DNA of 64,000 nucleotides. Source: an uncultured Acinetobacter sp. GTDB lineage: Bacteria > Cyanobacteriota > Vampirovibrionia > Gastranaerophilales > Gastranaerophilaceae. This document shows, piece after piece, positions 38,904 through 48,852 of this stretch (positions are counted from its first letter, which is position 1; every line of letters begins with the position of its first letter). The notes beneath the pieces were generated by a model that had not been told where the DNA came from, made no database searches, and saw nothing but the letters and a program-made list of their open reading frames with translations. The stretch is from NCBI GenBank assembly GCA_900321205.1, contig ONVC01000001.1:20426-84425 (forward strand). Reading direction: 5' to 3'. Both the position numbers and the translations under genes were made by a program.

Positions 38904-39899
38904 TTAATCTCTTATTTTAACTTTCGGTACAACTGACATTCCCGGGATAATAGCGTACTCTTCAGGGTCTATTTTTTCAGTAAATACAATTTTAACAGGT
39001 ATTCTCTGAACGATTTTTACAAATGAACCTACTGCGTTTTCAGGTGGGAACAAGCTTGATTTAGCGCCGGAAGATCTTTGGATACTTTCGACTTCTCCTT
39101 TAAATATCTTTTTAGGATATGTATCAATTTTAATATCAACAGGCTGACCTTTTTTCATTTTTTCTAACTGTGTTTCTTTAAAGTTTGCAACAACCCAAAC
39201 TTCATTCGGAACAATTACGAACAAAGGAGTTCCCGGCTGTACCATCATACCTTTTTCCACTCTTTTGCCGGAAACAGTTCCGTCAATAGGAGCTTTTATC
39301 TCAGTGTAATTCATTGCCAGTTTTGCGGCATCTAATTGTGCTTTCAAAACATTTAAATCTGCATCTGCAACTTTGACATTATTTGCCGGATTTGATGAAA
39401 AAATTGATTGTTCCGCAACGGTCTGTTTTGCTTTTACTGCATCTAAGTTTGTTCTTGCTTTATCTAATGTTTGTTTGGAAACAGCACCTGCTTTATAAAG
39501 ATTTTCATATCTTTCAACATCTTTTTGCGCAAGTTCGATTTCGGAGTTTGCAGCATTTAAATTCGCATGTGCATTATTTTGGTTTAATATAGCTCTGTCA
39601 TAAGCAGCCTGAGCCTGTGCCAATTTTACTTTGTAATCATCCTGTTCAATTATTGCAACAACCTGACCTGCTTTTACAGGCTGATTATCAACAACCATAA
39701 CCTTGTCTATCTGACCGGCAACTTTTGGTGAAACAGAAACTGTTGTAGTTTCAACGTAAGCGTCATCTGTTGTTTGGTAACCAAGTATTTGATATATATA
39801 GTATGCTCCCAATATTATTGAGACAACTGCTAAAAATGTAAATATATAACGTTTTTTTACCGGTAATTTTCTCTCTGTAGTTTTTTGTTCTTCGTTCAT
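38904..39899 (-). CDS. HlyD/EmrA-family membrane fusion protein
   Basis: TM helix, TDDAYV, APIDG, VVANFKETQL, PENAVGSFVKIVQRIPV. Confidence 0.92.
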   Translation of the reverse strand: MNEEQKTTERKLPVKKRYIFTFLAVVSIILGAYYIYQILGYQTTDDAYVETTTVSVSPKVAGQIDKVMVVDNQPVKAGQVVAIIEQDDYKVKLAQAQAAYDRAILNQNNAHANLNAANSEIELAQKDVERYENLYKAGAVSKQTLDKARTNLDAVKAKQTVAEQSIFSSNPANNVKVADADLNVLKAQLDAAKLAMNYTEIKAPIDGTVSGKRVEKGMMVQPGTPLFVIVPNEVWVVANFKETQLEKMKKGQPVDIKIDTYPKKIFKGEVESIQRSSGAKSSLFPPENAVGSFVKIVQRIPVKIVFTEKIDPEEYAIIPGMSVVPKVKIRD

Positions 39900-39910
39900 A
39901 ATTTTTCCTT

Positions 39911-40366
39911 TTATATTTGTATTTTTAATGATTCGTTTAATGTTTGCCTCAGCTCTGTTAAAAGTTCTCCGACTCTTGCTATATCACTGTTTGCAATTCG
40001 TTCTTTGACATTGTGATAATGAGGACTTATTCTTAATGCGGCTTCCTCTGCCTGTTTAATACCCTGCTCTGTAATCTCAATAAGTTTAACAGGTCTGTTA
40101 TTTTTCATGGATAATCTTCTCGTAATTAAACCCTTTTGTTCAAGCCCGTCAAGAAGTTTTCCTGTGTTTGCGCGGTCTTTTAGAATGAGTTTTGCTAAAT
40201 CTCTCTGGCATAATTCTTTTTCACATAGTAATGTATCAAGAATTGCATATTCTTCAACTGAAACACCGACATTGAACTGCTCAAAGACCTGTGCTCCCAA
40301 CTTTTTGCAGTATTTTGCTGTAAGTTCAATTTGATAAAATATAGTATCTCTAAAATGTTCCCGCAA
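39911..40366 (-). CDS. MarR-family transcriptional regulator
   Basis: CQRDLA....DRAN...LLD.LE.KGLI.R, ITEQG wing. TTG start. Confidence 0.85.
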   Translation of the reverse strand: MREHFRDTIFYQIELTAKYCKKLGAQVFEQFNVGVSVEEYAILDTLLCEKELCQRDLAKLILKDRANTGKLLDGLEQKGLITRRLSMKNNRPVKLIEITEQGIKQAEEAALRISPHYHNVKERIANSDIARVGELLTELRQTLNESLKIQI

Positions 40367-40396
40367 CTTTAGCCCTATTATGTTTGTTTTACTACA

Positions 40397-40412
40397 TGTT
40401 GCAAATGCAACA
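40397..40412. promoter_or_regulatory. Palindromic operator, probably bound by the MarR protein
   Basis: TGTTGCA-AA-TGCAACA between divergent marR and tolC. Confidence 0.65.
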
Positions 40413-40501
40413 CATTTATGTTATCATTCATACTATAAAAAATCAAGTGGGGAAAATATTTAATCTGCTTACTTGTAAAGAACTTTTATAAAAGGAATAT
40501 T

Positions 40502-41917
40502 ATGAAGAAGTTATTATCATTAGCAATATTATTATCAATGCTCGGAACAAGTACAGCTTTTGCTGTTAATGACAATACTGTGCTAAAAGCAGGAACTGAA
40601 GAAAATATACAAAAAAATATTTACAAAGATATAAAAAAACATAAATCAGAAAAAGTTGTTCCAAAAAAGAATAAGTATGAATACATCAATCTGGCATGGT
40701 GGGGACAATTCAATGATGAGTATCTGAACGATTATATTATTCGCGCAGTTGAAAATAACAAAGATTTAAAAATGGCAACACTCACTATAGATGAGTATTA
40801 TCAGAATGTTGTAATGCAGAGAGCATCAGAAATGCCGAATCTTTCTGCAGGTTTTATGCCCGCATACGGCAAGAATCCGATGACGGGAGCTTCGCAAGGC
40901 AGTTTTGGAATCCCGATTATTGCAAGTTATGAAGTCGATTTGTTCGGAAAAAACCATAATAAAACAACAGGAATAAGAAAATTATATGAGGCATCCATTC
41001 TTGATGAGCAGGCTGCGTATATATCTATTGCTTCTGCTGTCGGAACTGTTTATGTGAATATTGTTAAACTGGATGCTCTGATTGATATGCAGGAAGAAAT
41101 TGTGGCACTCAGAAAAGAAATCTCCGAGATTATGACAATATCAAACAGCGAAGGTATTGTTTCAACTTCGGACCTTGTAAAAGCAAATAAGGCTTATATT
41201 GCAGGAACTTCTGATTTGGTTGACCTCAAAAAAGAAAGAACAAAACTTCTTAATCAGCTTGCAGTTCTTGTCGGTGACAGTCCGAATAATATAGAAGATT
41301 ATAAACGTGCAGACTACAGAATATTTGGTTTTTCAGGAAATATTCCGGAAGAAGTCAGCTCTGAGATAATTATGAACAGACCGGATTACAAAAAAGCAGA
41401 AAAAATGCTTGAAAAAGCAGGTATAGACGTTAGGGTCGCAAGAAAAGAAATGCTTCCGCATATCAATCTTGGCGGCTTGCTTTTCTTTAACAGCAAATAC
41501 TTTGACAGCATATTTACAACATCAAATATGCTCTGGGGTGTCGGCGGCGGCCTTGTTCAGCCTCTGTTCCAGGGGCTTTCTCTGACGGCTAACCTGAAGG
41601 CTAAAAAAATAGCTTATGAAAGAAGTTTGAGAAATTATGAAAAAGTTAATCTGACTTCTATGCAGGAAGTAAATGATTCTCTTGTTTCTGTAAATATGGA
41701 CAGGGAAAAACTTGCAAAACAAAAAGAAATCCAATCCCTTGAACAAAAAGATTACAAACTGACGGAAGAAAAATATGCAAACGGTGTAATTGCAAAACTT
41801 GATATAGACCAGCAGAAAGAAAATCTTTTAAACGTACAGAGGATGGTTTATAATACAGAATTTAATTGTATGGTAGACTATATAAACTTCTACAAAGCAG
41901 TAGCAGCCCAGAGTTAA
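40502..41917 (+). CDS. TolC/NodT-family outer membrane efflux protein
   Basis: Signal peptide, WW.QFND..L, NN.DL, SYEVDLFG, RPD...AE, P.I.L motifs. Confidence 0.9.
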   Translation: MKKLLSLAILLSMLGTSTAFAVNDNTVLKAGTEENIQKNIYKDIKKHKSEKVVPKKNKYEYINLAWWGQFNDEYLNDYIIRAVENNKDLKMATLTIDEYYQNVVMQRASEMPNLSAGFMPAYGKNPMTGASQGSFGIPIIASYEVDLFGKNHNKTTGIRKLYEASILDEQAAYISIASAVGTVYVNIVKLDALIDMQEEIVALRKEISEIMTISNSEGIVSTSDLVKANKAYIAGTSDLVDLKKERTKLLNQLAVLVGDSPNNIEDYKRADYRIFGFSGNIPEEVSSEIIMNRPDYKKAEKMLEKAGIDVRVARKEMLPHINLGGLLFFNSKYFDSIFTTSNMLWGVGGGLVQPLFQGLSLTANLKAKKIAYERSLRNYEKVNLTSMQEVNDSLVSVNMDREKLAKQKEIQSLEQKDYKLTEEKYANGVIAKLDIDQQKENLLNVQRMVYNTEFNCMVDYINFYKAVAAQS

Positions 41918-41940
41918 TGAGTAAAAGGGTAAATATATTC

Positions 41941-42182
41941 TTCGCACTCTGCTCGCTTGCGCCTCTTGGATTTTGCTTCACACTCCGCAGTCGTTCACAA
42001 TATTATGCTATCGCATAATTGCCGTTCACTCTGCTTCGTGCTACTTCGGGTCTTCGCTAACGCTTCGCCCTACGCAAAATCCGCCTCTTGCTCGCTCGCA
42101 TAGAACGGGTCTGCGGTATTGCCTTTTTGCCTTGCCAACACAAGCCAAACGGCAACACCTACGCCCTCCGCTCGCTCGCGCA
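41941..42182. repeat. GC-rich structured intergenic REP-like element
   Basis: Repeated CTCGCT/CTTCG/CCTACGC units and several hairpins between convergent tolC and flgL. Confidence 0.55.
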
Positions 42183-42184
42183 AT

Positions 42185-42208
42185 AAAAAAGGACATGGAA
42201 ATGTCCTT
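42185..42208 (-). terminator. Terminator of the flgK-flgL operon
   Basis: AAGGACAT-ggaa-ATGTCCTT with a T-run on the minus strand. Confidence 0.7.
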
Positions 42209-42246
42209 GAAATGGTAAGTATATTAAATTTGTAGTTAAGTTATTT

Positions 42247-43332
42247 TTACAGATAATTAAGCAGACTCATATTCATTGTTTGTGATGCAACTTGCAGGCT
42301 TGCCTGGTATGCATACTGAGCTTGCAGCCATTTTGAGGTTGCTTCTGCTATATCAATATCCTGAACTGCTGATAAATATGCAGTTAAATTTTCGTTATTT
42401 GTTTCAAGTGTTGAAGTTGTCATTTCCAATCTGTTGTAGACTCCGCCAAACTTTGTTTGTTCCGTAACAATTTCGTTATGTGAATCGCTGAACATATTTA
42501 GCGAAGAAAACATTTTTTTATATGCTTCTGTTTCAGCAGCGGTATCTTTTGCGTCCTTAGCATCAAGTACATCCTGAATGGAGTTGCTTAAAACTTTCAT
42601 AGCGCCCATTACACCGGAGTAGTTTTCGTGCGCAGTAAGGTCGTCAACACTTCCTGTGTATTCATTTCCGTTAATATCGTAGTATTTGACATTACCGCTG
42701 TCATCTTTTTTTGCATAATATTTCGTGTCCGAAGGGTCAGTATAAAAAGCTTCATAGAAGCCAAAAACTTTATCGCCTGTAGTATTAATAACTTCAAAAA
42801 CTCCATCTGCCACCTCTGTTTGTCTTATGTAATCAGGATTATCATGTTTTGTTCCGCGATATATTATGTTTCCGTATTCATCCATCTCATACGGAGTTAA
42901 TTTCGTGTTTGCACCGCCAAAAATATAGTTATCGTTGAACTCTGTGTTAGCAAGGTCAACCATGGTTTTTGTGATTTCGTTAATCTCGGTTCTCAGAGCT
43001 TCCAGCGAAGAATAACCATAAGTGCCGTTATTTGCTTCAACACCCTTATCCCAAGCCTGTTGAAGGTATCCTGTTGCCAGTTCCATTAAGTCGTCTAATG
43101 TATCAAGTTCTTCCATCGCAAGCTGTGTGTTTTCGTTGAAAGTATTAATCTGCCCAAGTTGGCGATTTGTATTAACAATATTTACCGCTGCAATCGGGTC
43201 ATCGGTAATGCTTACAACTTTTCTGCCTGATGCAAGCTGTTGAGTTAATCTGTTATAATTTGCTTCATTTTTCTGGATGTCTGCCGTTAGCATATTGTAA
43301 CGGGCTGTTGTTGAGATACGATCTGTGTACAT
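42247..43332 (-). CDS. flgL: Flagellar hook-associated protein FlgL
   Basis: RIST, QQLASG.K....DDP, LANT.FN..YIFGG, YQASLQ...MSLLNYL. Follows flgK. Confidence 0.9.
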   Translation of the reverse strand: MYTDRISTTARYNMLTADIQKNEANYNRLTQQLASGRKVVSITDDPIAAVNIVNTNRQLGQINTFNENTQLAMEELDTLDDLMELATGYLQQAWDKGVEANNGTYGYSSLEALRTEINEITKTMVDLANTEFNDNYIFGGANTKLTPYEMDEYGNIIYRGTKHDNPDYIRQTEVADGVFEVINTTGDKVFGFYEAFYTDPSDTKYYAKKDDSGNVKYYDINGNEYTGSVDDLTAHENYSGVMGAMKVLSNSIQDVLDAKDAKDTAAETEAYKKMFSSLNMFSDSHNEIVTEQTKFGGVYNRLEMTTSTLETNNENLTAYLSAVQDIDIAEATSKWLQAQYAYQASLQVASQTMNMSLLNYL

Positions 43333-43359
43333 AATGTTACCTTCCTGGTATTTTAATTG

Positions 43360-44961
43360 TTACCTTCCTAGTGAGACCAAAGTATCAAGACATGAGTTTA
43401 CTGTTGTAAATACTCTTGCAGCGGCAGCGTATGCCGTTTGGTATTTTACAAGGTCTACAAGTTCTTCGTTTAGGTCTACCCCAAATGATGAGTCAAGCTG
43501 ATTTTCCAGAGATTCAACTACATCACTTTGCGTATCATACAAAGTTTTTGCGCTGTCTCCGGCAGAAGCTATCTTACCTAATAATGAAGAATAATAATCT
43601 TCAATAGATTGTCCGTTGAGTGCAGATTGCTTAATATTTCTTGTTTCCAGCATTGCAACTACGTTTTGAGCGTTTCCGACTGCGTTTATATCGTAATTTT
43701 TCGGGTCATCAAAGTATGCGCAACTGATGTTCCATATGCCGTCATTCGATAATAAATTATCTGAAACCTTAATGTTTGCTGCGGTTATGCCGCTGGTTGT
43801 TTCTGTTCCGGTTGATGCGTCATAGCATGCGAATAACCAATTTGTGTCATTTGTTGCTTTCAGGTGATTTGTATTACTTGCGTCAATACAATACGCATTT
43901 TCTCTGGTGTTTAATGAGTTAAATGCTTCCGCAATAGTTGCAGCAAGTTTATTCAAACTGGACTGAACAGTTCCTGCGTTTGTAATACCGTTGTTATTAT
44001 CGGTTGCAGAATGAAGCAGTCCGCCCAGAGCACCGCTTGTTATTATATCGTTTGCGTTGTCAATAATAACTCCCCCTTCTGAATCAACAATACTTACAAC
44101 GGCGTTTGCACCATCCCAGTTATCAGGGTATATAATTCCGTGAGCATCACAATAAGACTTCGCGGTTTGAATATCAAGCTGACCTGTTACAACACTTCCT
44201 TTAACAAGTGCCTGATCACCCATATAAACATTTACGGAACCGTTGTTTTTTTCATCTACGGTTATATCAACAAATTGTGAAATGTCGTGTAATATCAAGT
44301 CTCTCTGGTCCAGAAGGTTGTTTGCTGTCAATGTGCCTGTCTGAGTTGTTTGCAATGCTTTGTTTACGGATGCCAAATTGTCCAGTGCATTATTAAGTTC
44401 TCTGTATTGGACATAAATTTTGGAGTTTTTAAGAGAATCATCCGTAACACCGTCACCGAGAGCTCCGGTTGTCAATTTGCTTAATTCTACGCTTTTACCG
44501 TTTAACAAACCTGTCAATGCTTTTGCCGTTTCAATAAAGTTAGTACGTGCAGTTGAGCTTGCAGGATATTCCTGAAGGTTGTTTACTGCTTCATAAAATT
44601 TGCTCAGCGCTGCATCAATACCTGTTCCTTCAAGGTCATCAAATATTCCTGCAAGGTCACCAAGGTTTGCCAGTTGTTGTTCAAGCATATTTTTTTCGGA
44701 AAGCTGCTCTCTGTAATAATTGCTGAGATAATCATCGTTATAACGCATAACATTAGCAATTTTTACACCGCCGTTTGCACGAACCTGATTATACGGATTA
44801 TCCCCGATTGCTCCGGCAATATTTCGTGCTTGGAGATTAACACGCTGTTTGTGATAACCTTCCGTATTCATGTTTGAAACGTTATGGGAAACAACGCTTA
44901 TTGCTTTTTCATTTACTGACAGCGCGCCTGCGCTGATGTTTAACGATGATAACAAGTTCAT
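43360..44961 (-). CDS. flgK: Flagellar hook-associated protein FlgK
   Basis: SHNVSN.NTEGY.KQRV, N.LLDQRD, GVDLNEE...LVKYQ.AY.AAARV. Confidence 0.95.
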   Translation of the reverse strand: MNLLSSLNISAGALSVNEKAISVVSHNVSNMNTEGYHKQRVNLQARNIAGAIGDNPYNQVRANGGVKIANVMRYNDDYLSNYYREQLSEKNMLEQQLANLGDLAGIFDDLEGTGIDAALSKFYEAVNNLQEYPASSTARTNFIETAKALTGLLNGKSVELSKLTTGALGDGVTDDSLKNSKIYVQYRELNNALDNLASVNKALQTTQTGTLTANNLLDQRDLILHDISQFVDITVDEKNNGSVNVYMGDQALVKGSVVTGQLDIQTAKSYCDAHGIIYPDNWDGANAVVSIVDSEGGVIIDNANDIITSGALGGLLHSATDNNNGITNAGTVQSSLNKLAATIAEAFNSLNTRENAYCIDASNTNHLKATNDTNWLFACYDASTGTETTSGITAANIKVSDNLLSNDGIWNISCAYFDDPKNYDINAVGNAQNVVAMLETRNIKQSALNGQSIEDYYSSLLGKIASAGDSAKTLYDTQSDVVESLENQLDSSFGVDLNEELVDLVKYQTAYAAAARVFTTVNSCLDTLVSLGR

Positions 44962-44976
44962 ATCTGAATTACCTCA

Positions 44977-45474
44977 TTAGATTTCTTCGCTAATGGTCCA
45001 CATATCTATATCATGTGTATCTGGTTTGCCTGTTTCGTTATAATAACTTCCTTGTGGGGCAAAGGCATTTATTATCGTATCCAACATCTTGTTAGTAACT
45101 ATAATGCCGTGTTTTAAAAGTTCCACATTTTGGTTATTTAGTAACGTTATTTCAGGGATTAATTTACAAATCTTAACCTTTCTTTCCTCTAGCTGTGTTG
45201 TATATTCAGGGGCAGTTTCTTTTACAAACTCTATGAACTCGGACATATTGCAGTTTTTCCCCGTAATTTCAACTGACAAATTTTCCCGTTCTTTGTTAAC
45301 CCCTTTTATTCTATTATTTAGTGCAATGATTTTGTTGTCAATGACGCCTAAATCATCTGAACGTGATTTTTTTAAAAGTTCCCTTTTTTCTGCAAACAAA
45401 TCTTTTAGTTCGCAGTATGCTTTGTATTCTTTGTCTAATATATCTGTTAATTTTTTCAGTTGTTTTTTATCCAT
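44977..45474 (-). CDS. flgN: Flagellar export chaperone FlgN
   Basis: Helical 165-aa protein with LN.QN..LL and Y...G C-terminal pattern, directly before flgK. Confidence 0.8.
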   Translation of the reverse strand: MDKKQLKKLTDILDKEYKAYCELKDLFAEKRELLKKSRSDDLGVIDNKIIALNNRIKGVNKERENLSVEITGKNCNMSEFIEFVKETAPEYTTQLEERKVKICKLIPEITLLNNQNVELLKHGIIVTNKMLDTIINAFAPQGSYYNETGKPDTHDIDMWTISEEI

Positions 45475-45530
45475 AATTGACTCTTATATTATTTTAACTG
45501 TTTTTTTAACTAATTTGTTCATTACTATAA

Positions 45531-46142
45531 TTAGAACAAGTATCTGATAAATCTGTTGAATATACCTTCGTTCTGGCTTCTTGATACTGCGCCTCTGCCT
45601 GACAGAGCGAACTGCAGATTAGAAACATTGTATGAATATATTTCTCCGTCAACATTTAGCCAGCGCGGGTCAACAACACCTGTTACAATAAAGTCGACTC
45701 TTTCATTTCCGTTAACAAGAGTTTTCTTACCCTGAACCGCGAGGTTACCATTAGGAAGCTGCTGAACAACCTGGCAGGCAATTCTGTCCCCCATATTTAA
45801 AGCTCTTTGTCCCTGTGCAGAGTTAGAAACTTCATTTGATCCGCCATACCCGTTAGAATTTTTCAAACCGCTAAGATGAAACCATTCTTTAAGAAAAGAT
45901 GTAAAAGAATCTGTTGTGTTTGATTCTTTTGCTGATGAAAAAGTCAGGTTGTCACTGACAGAAACATTTTCAGACATTCTTATTGAGATTAAATCTCCGA
46001 TTTGACGAGCTTGTACTCCGCCGAATAATGAACGGGGAGCCCCCTGATAATGTTGCTGTGCGCCAAGCACGAATAAACTTTCTGCGTTTACTGTCAGCGC
46101 AGTTATCATAATCATCATAATCGTTAATAATAATCTTTTCAT
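45531..46142 (-). CDS. flgH: Flagellar L-ring protein FlgH
   Basis: SLF...ARQIGDLI.I...E, V...LPNGNL.V.G.K...VNG, G.V.P. Has a signal peptide. Confidence 0.88.
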   Translation of the reverse strand: MKRLLLTIMMIMITALTVNAESLFVLGAQQHYQGAPRSLFGGVQARQIGDLISIRMSENVSVSDNLTFSSAKESNTTDSFTSFLKEWFHLSGLKNSNGYGGSNEVSNSAQGQRALNMGDRIACQVVQQLPNGNLAVQGKKTLVNGNERVDFIVTGVVDPRWLNVDGEIYSYNVSNLQFALSGRGAVSRSQNEGIFNRFIRYLF

Positions 46143-46198
46143 TTTTCCCTCAAGTCTTGATTTTTTTGTTTATCCGGTTGTCCGGCATAGATTTTTAT

Positions 46199-46477
46199 TT
46201 AGCAGAGCCATTCTGCGATTACGCTTCTTCCGTAGAGTAATCCGTATTTTATATCGTCATCTGATATATCAAACTCTCCTACTGTTTCCGCACATTTTCT
46301 CAAATCTGCAACGTCAATTCTGTCTAATAGAGATGGAGTTGAACTTGTTTTTGTACCGTTTGATGATTCAGGTTTGTTCTGAACTTCTTCGGCAGGCTTC
46401 AGTACTCTGTTACTCCTGAAAGAGTTTAGAGCGCTAAATTGTTGTACTGCATTTACACCTGATTTAATGATTTCCAT
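46199..46477 (-). CDS. Small flagellar-operon protein, possibly a divergent anti-sigma-28 FlgM
   Basis: 92 aa, S/T/N-rich N-half. DRIDVADLRK....GEFDISDDDI resembles the FlgM C-terminal pattern. Confidence 0.4.
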   Translation of the reverse strand: MEIIKSGVNAVQQFSALNSFRSNRVLKPAEEVQNKPESSNGTKTSSTPSLLDRIDVADLRKCAETVGEFDISDDDIKYGLLYGRSVIAEWLC

Positions 46478-46496
46478 TTTTACCTTCTATTCTGTT

Positions 46497-46871
46497 TTAT
46501 CCCTGAACAAGATGTTCCATCTGTCTGTAAATCTGATCTGCAAAGCCGAAGGTCGTTCTCGGATTGCTTGCCAAATCTCTGCCCATTTGCTGGAATACTA
46601 TTGATTTAAAAGTATCTTCGTATTGATGATCTCCGCCAAACAAACCGTCTTCTTCCCTCTCTACAGTTTTATCCATGGTCTCCAGCATTTTAGTAATGAA
46701 TATTGATTCAAATTCCTGTGCGACTTTTTTCAATTGAGTTTTTTCATCGCCGGAATTTTTAATCTGGTTATATAATTCTTGGTCAGAGTTAACTGTTCTG
46801 GCATGCTGAAGTCCGTGCTTGATTAAATCTAATGTAGGTGTTGTTATGTCGCTTGCTTGTGAGATTGTCAT
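46497..46871 (-). CDS. flgJ: Rod-binding protein FlgJ (no muramidase domain)
   Basis: LKKVAQEFESIFI..ML..M, GFADQIYRQM. Follows flgI. Confidence 0.85.
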   Translation of the reverse strand: MTISQASDITTPTLDLIKHGLQHARTVNSDQELYNQIKNSGDEKTQLKKVAQEFESIFITKMLETMDKTVEREEDGLFGGDHQYEDTFKSIVFQQMGRDLASNPRTTFGFADQIYRQMEHLVQG

Positions 46872-46883
46872 TTTTGTTACCTC

Positions 46884-47978
46884 TTAGATTATTATGAGTT
46901 CTGCCTGTAAGCTTCCTGATTTTTTGAGTGCCTGCAAGATAGATATCAGGTCAACGGGAGCTACGCCGATTGAGTTAAGTGCTCTTACCAAATCATTAAG
47001 ATTACTGTTGGCATTCATTTCTATCAGCCTTCCGGGAGCTTTGTCAATTTCAATGTCGGCATTCTCTATGCCTACTGTTGAACCGTTAGAAAATCCGTTC
47101 GGCTGGGAAACTTCGTTGTGCGCTGAAACGGTTACTGTTATGTTTCCGTGTGCAACAGCTGCCGGTAAAAGTTTAACGTCTGAACCTATAACTACAGTTC
47201 CTGTCCTTTCGTTTACGACAACTTTTGCTCTTTCAGCCGTAGGTGTAACATCAAGATTTTCTATTATTGATACAAAACTTATTCTGTCTTTTTGGAATTT
47301 TGCAGGGATTTGAACTCTTACAGAACTACCGTCAATAGCTTGTGCAGGAGCAATTCTGTTAATAGAAGCAGCCAGTCTTGAAACAAGAGTGTAATCTGAT
47401 TTGTCGAGAGAAAGTATTATAGAACTTTCATCCCCTATTTCAGTATAAATATCTCTTTCAACAATAGCACCACCCGGGATTCTGCCTGTTGTGGTAATAG
47501 CGTTTCTCATTGAAGAACCGCCGGCTGCTTTTGCAATACCGCCGACACTCAGAGGTCCTTGTGCAACCGCAACTGCTTCTCCGTTTGGAGCTTTAAGTAT
47601 TGTTTGTACAAGAACGCCGCCTTCTAAACTTTTACAGTCTGCTATTGCTGATACAGTAACGTCAATTTTGTCACCGTTTTTTGCAAACGGGGGAACTGTT
47701 GCAGTTACGATAACGGCTGCTGATGCACCTTTCTGGATGTAGTTTTCCTGTTCAATTACTGTTCCCAAGTTTCTTAAAAGCATTTTGTTTGTAATCTGTG
47801 TAGAACGTGAGTTGTCACCTGTTCCCGGAAGACCGACTACGATACCATATCCTACAAGCTGGTTTTCTCTGACACCCTGAATATGTGCGATATCCATAAT
47901 CCTTACGGTTGCCGCATTAACGGGAGCCAGCCCGATACACATCATAATTGCTAAAAATATTGACATTACTTTCTTCAT
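46884..47978 (-). CDS. flgI: Flagellar P-ring protein FlgI
   Basis: RI.DIA..QGVRENQLVGYG.VVGL.GTGD, VNERTGTVV, LQALK..G.L.AEL. Confidence 0.96.
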   Translation of the reverse strand: MKKVMSIFLAIMMCIGLAPVNAATVRIMDIAHIQGVRENQLVGYGIVVGLPGTGDNSRSTQITNKMLLRNLGTVIEQENYIQKGASAAVIVTATVPPFAKNGDKIDVTVSAIADCKSLEGGVLVQTILKAPNGEAVAVAQGPLSVGGIAKAAGGSSMRNAITTTGRIPGGAIVERDIYTEIGDESSIILSLDKSDYTLVSRLAASINRIAPAQAIDGSSVRVQIPAKFQKDRISFVSIIENLDVTPTAERAKVVVNERTGTVVIGSDVKLLPAAVAHGNITVTVSAHNEVSQPNGFSNGSTVGIENADIEIDKAPGRLIEMNANSNLNDLVRALNSIGVAPVDLISILQALKKSGSLQAELIII

Positions 47979-48034
47979 AATTTTTCCTCAAGTCTTTTCC
48001 GTTCTTTTCCGTTCTCTTTTTTGAACGCTCAGGG

Positions 48035-48805
48035 TCAGATATTAACCAGCACCCTGTTTTCCCCTATTATTTTTCCGTTGTAAACTTTTTTGTAATTTTT
48101 GTTTTCAACATTTATATAATCGCCTAACATTCCGTCAGACATTGCCGTTCCGTCAATTGTAATCATAACGGATCCGTTAGATACAAAAAATACTCTAACA
48201 TCCGAGTTTCTTGCAACATCCGGGCGCATTTTTACAAACCTTCTGTCTATAACTTCGCCCTTTTGGAATATTTTTTTTGTTGTTATATCTCTGTCAAGCA
48301 TTGAACTGTCCAATACATAATCAGACCTGTTCGCAACATCGATTTTCTTTACCTCGGTGCATTCTTTTGTAAGAGTTTGTTCTCTGTTAATTTGTTCACT
48401 TGCAACTAACACTTCTTTATAAACGGAAGTTTGTGCAGGAAGGTTCAGAGTTCTTTGATAAACACCGTTGACCAAAATGTCTACTCTTTTAACGTCACGC
48501 GGTAAAATCTTATCGCTTCCGCCTGAGATTTTGTAAGTAACTCTGCCGTCAGGAAGTTGTAAATCTGCAAAAGGAGTTGCTGTAATTTTTACCTGAACAT
48601 CTCCGTCAATTACTTTCTTGTAATTGTTTTCAAATAATCTTGCAACATCAACTTTAATTTTGCTTGACGGGATTACCTGAGCCTGAACCGCAGGAGTGAT
48701 GAATAAAGTAAATATTGCAATAAGGCAGTAAGACAACAAATGAGCTTTAATATTGTCTTTCTTTAAATTTATTAATTTGTTTGGTTTATTCATTTTTTCT
48801 GCCAT
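48035..48805 (-). CDS. flgA: P-ring assembly chaperone FlgA
   Basis: SAF domain, G.A..DG..GD.I.V.N....K. Lies between flgG and flgI. Start may be downstream. Confidence 0.85.
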   Translation of the reverse strand: MAEKMNKPNKLINLKKDNIKAHLLSYCLIAIFTLFITPAVQAQVIPSSKIKVDVARLFENNYKKVIDGDVQVKITATPFADLQLPDGRVTYKISGGSDKILPRDVKRVDILVNGVYQRTLNLPAQTSVYKEVLVASEQINREQTLTKECTEVKKIDVANRSDYVLDSSMLDRDITTKKIFQKGEVIDRRFVKMRPDVARNSDVRVFFVSNGSVMITIDGTAMSDGMLGDYINVENKNYKKVYNGKIIGENRVLVNI

Positions 48806-48852
48806 AATTTTATATATTTACCTCTTTGTTTACCCTTTTATTGTCACTTATT

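Noticed and set aside
41973-42218. 81-aa ORF
   Set aside because: Lies within the structured repeat and terminator, with atypical composition.
42247-43332. Flagellin call
   Set aside because: Position after flgK and the MSLLNYL C-terminus indicate FlgL.
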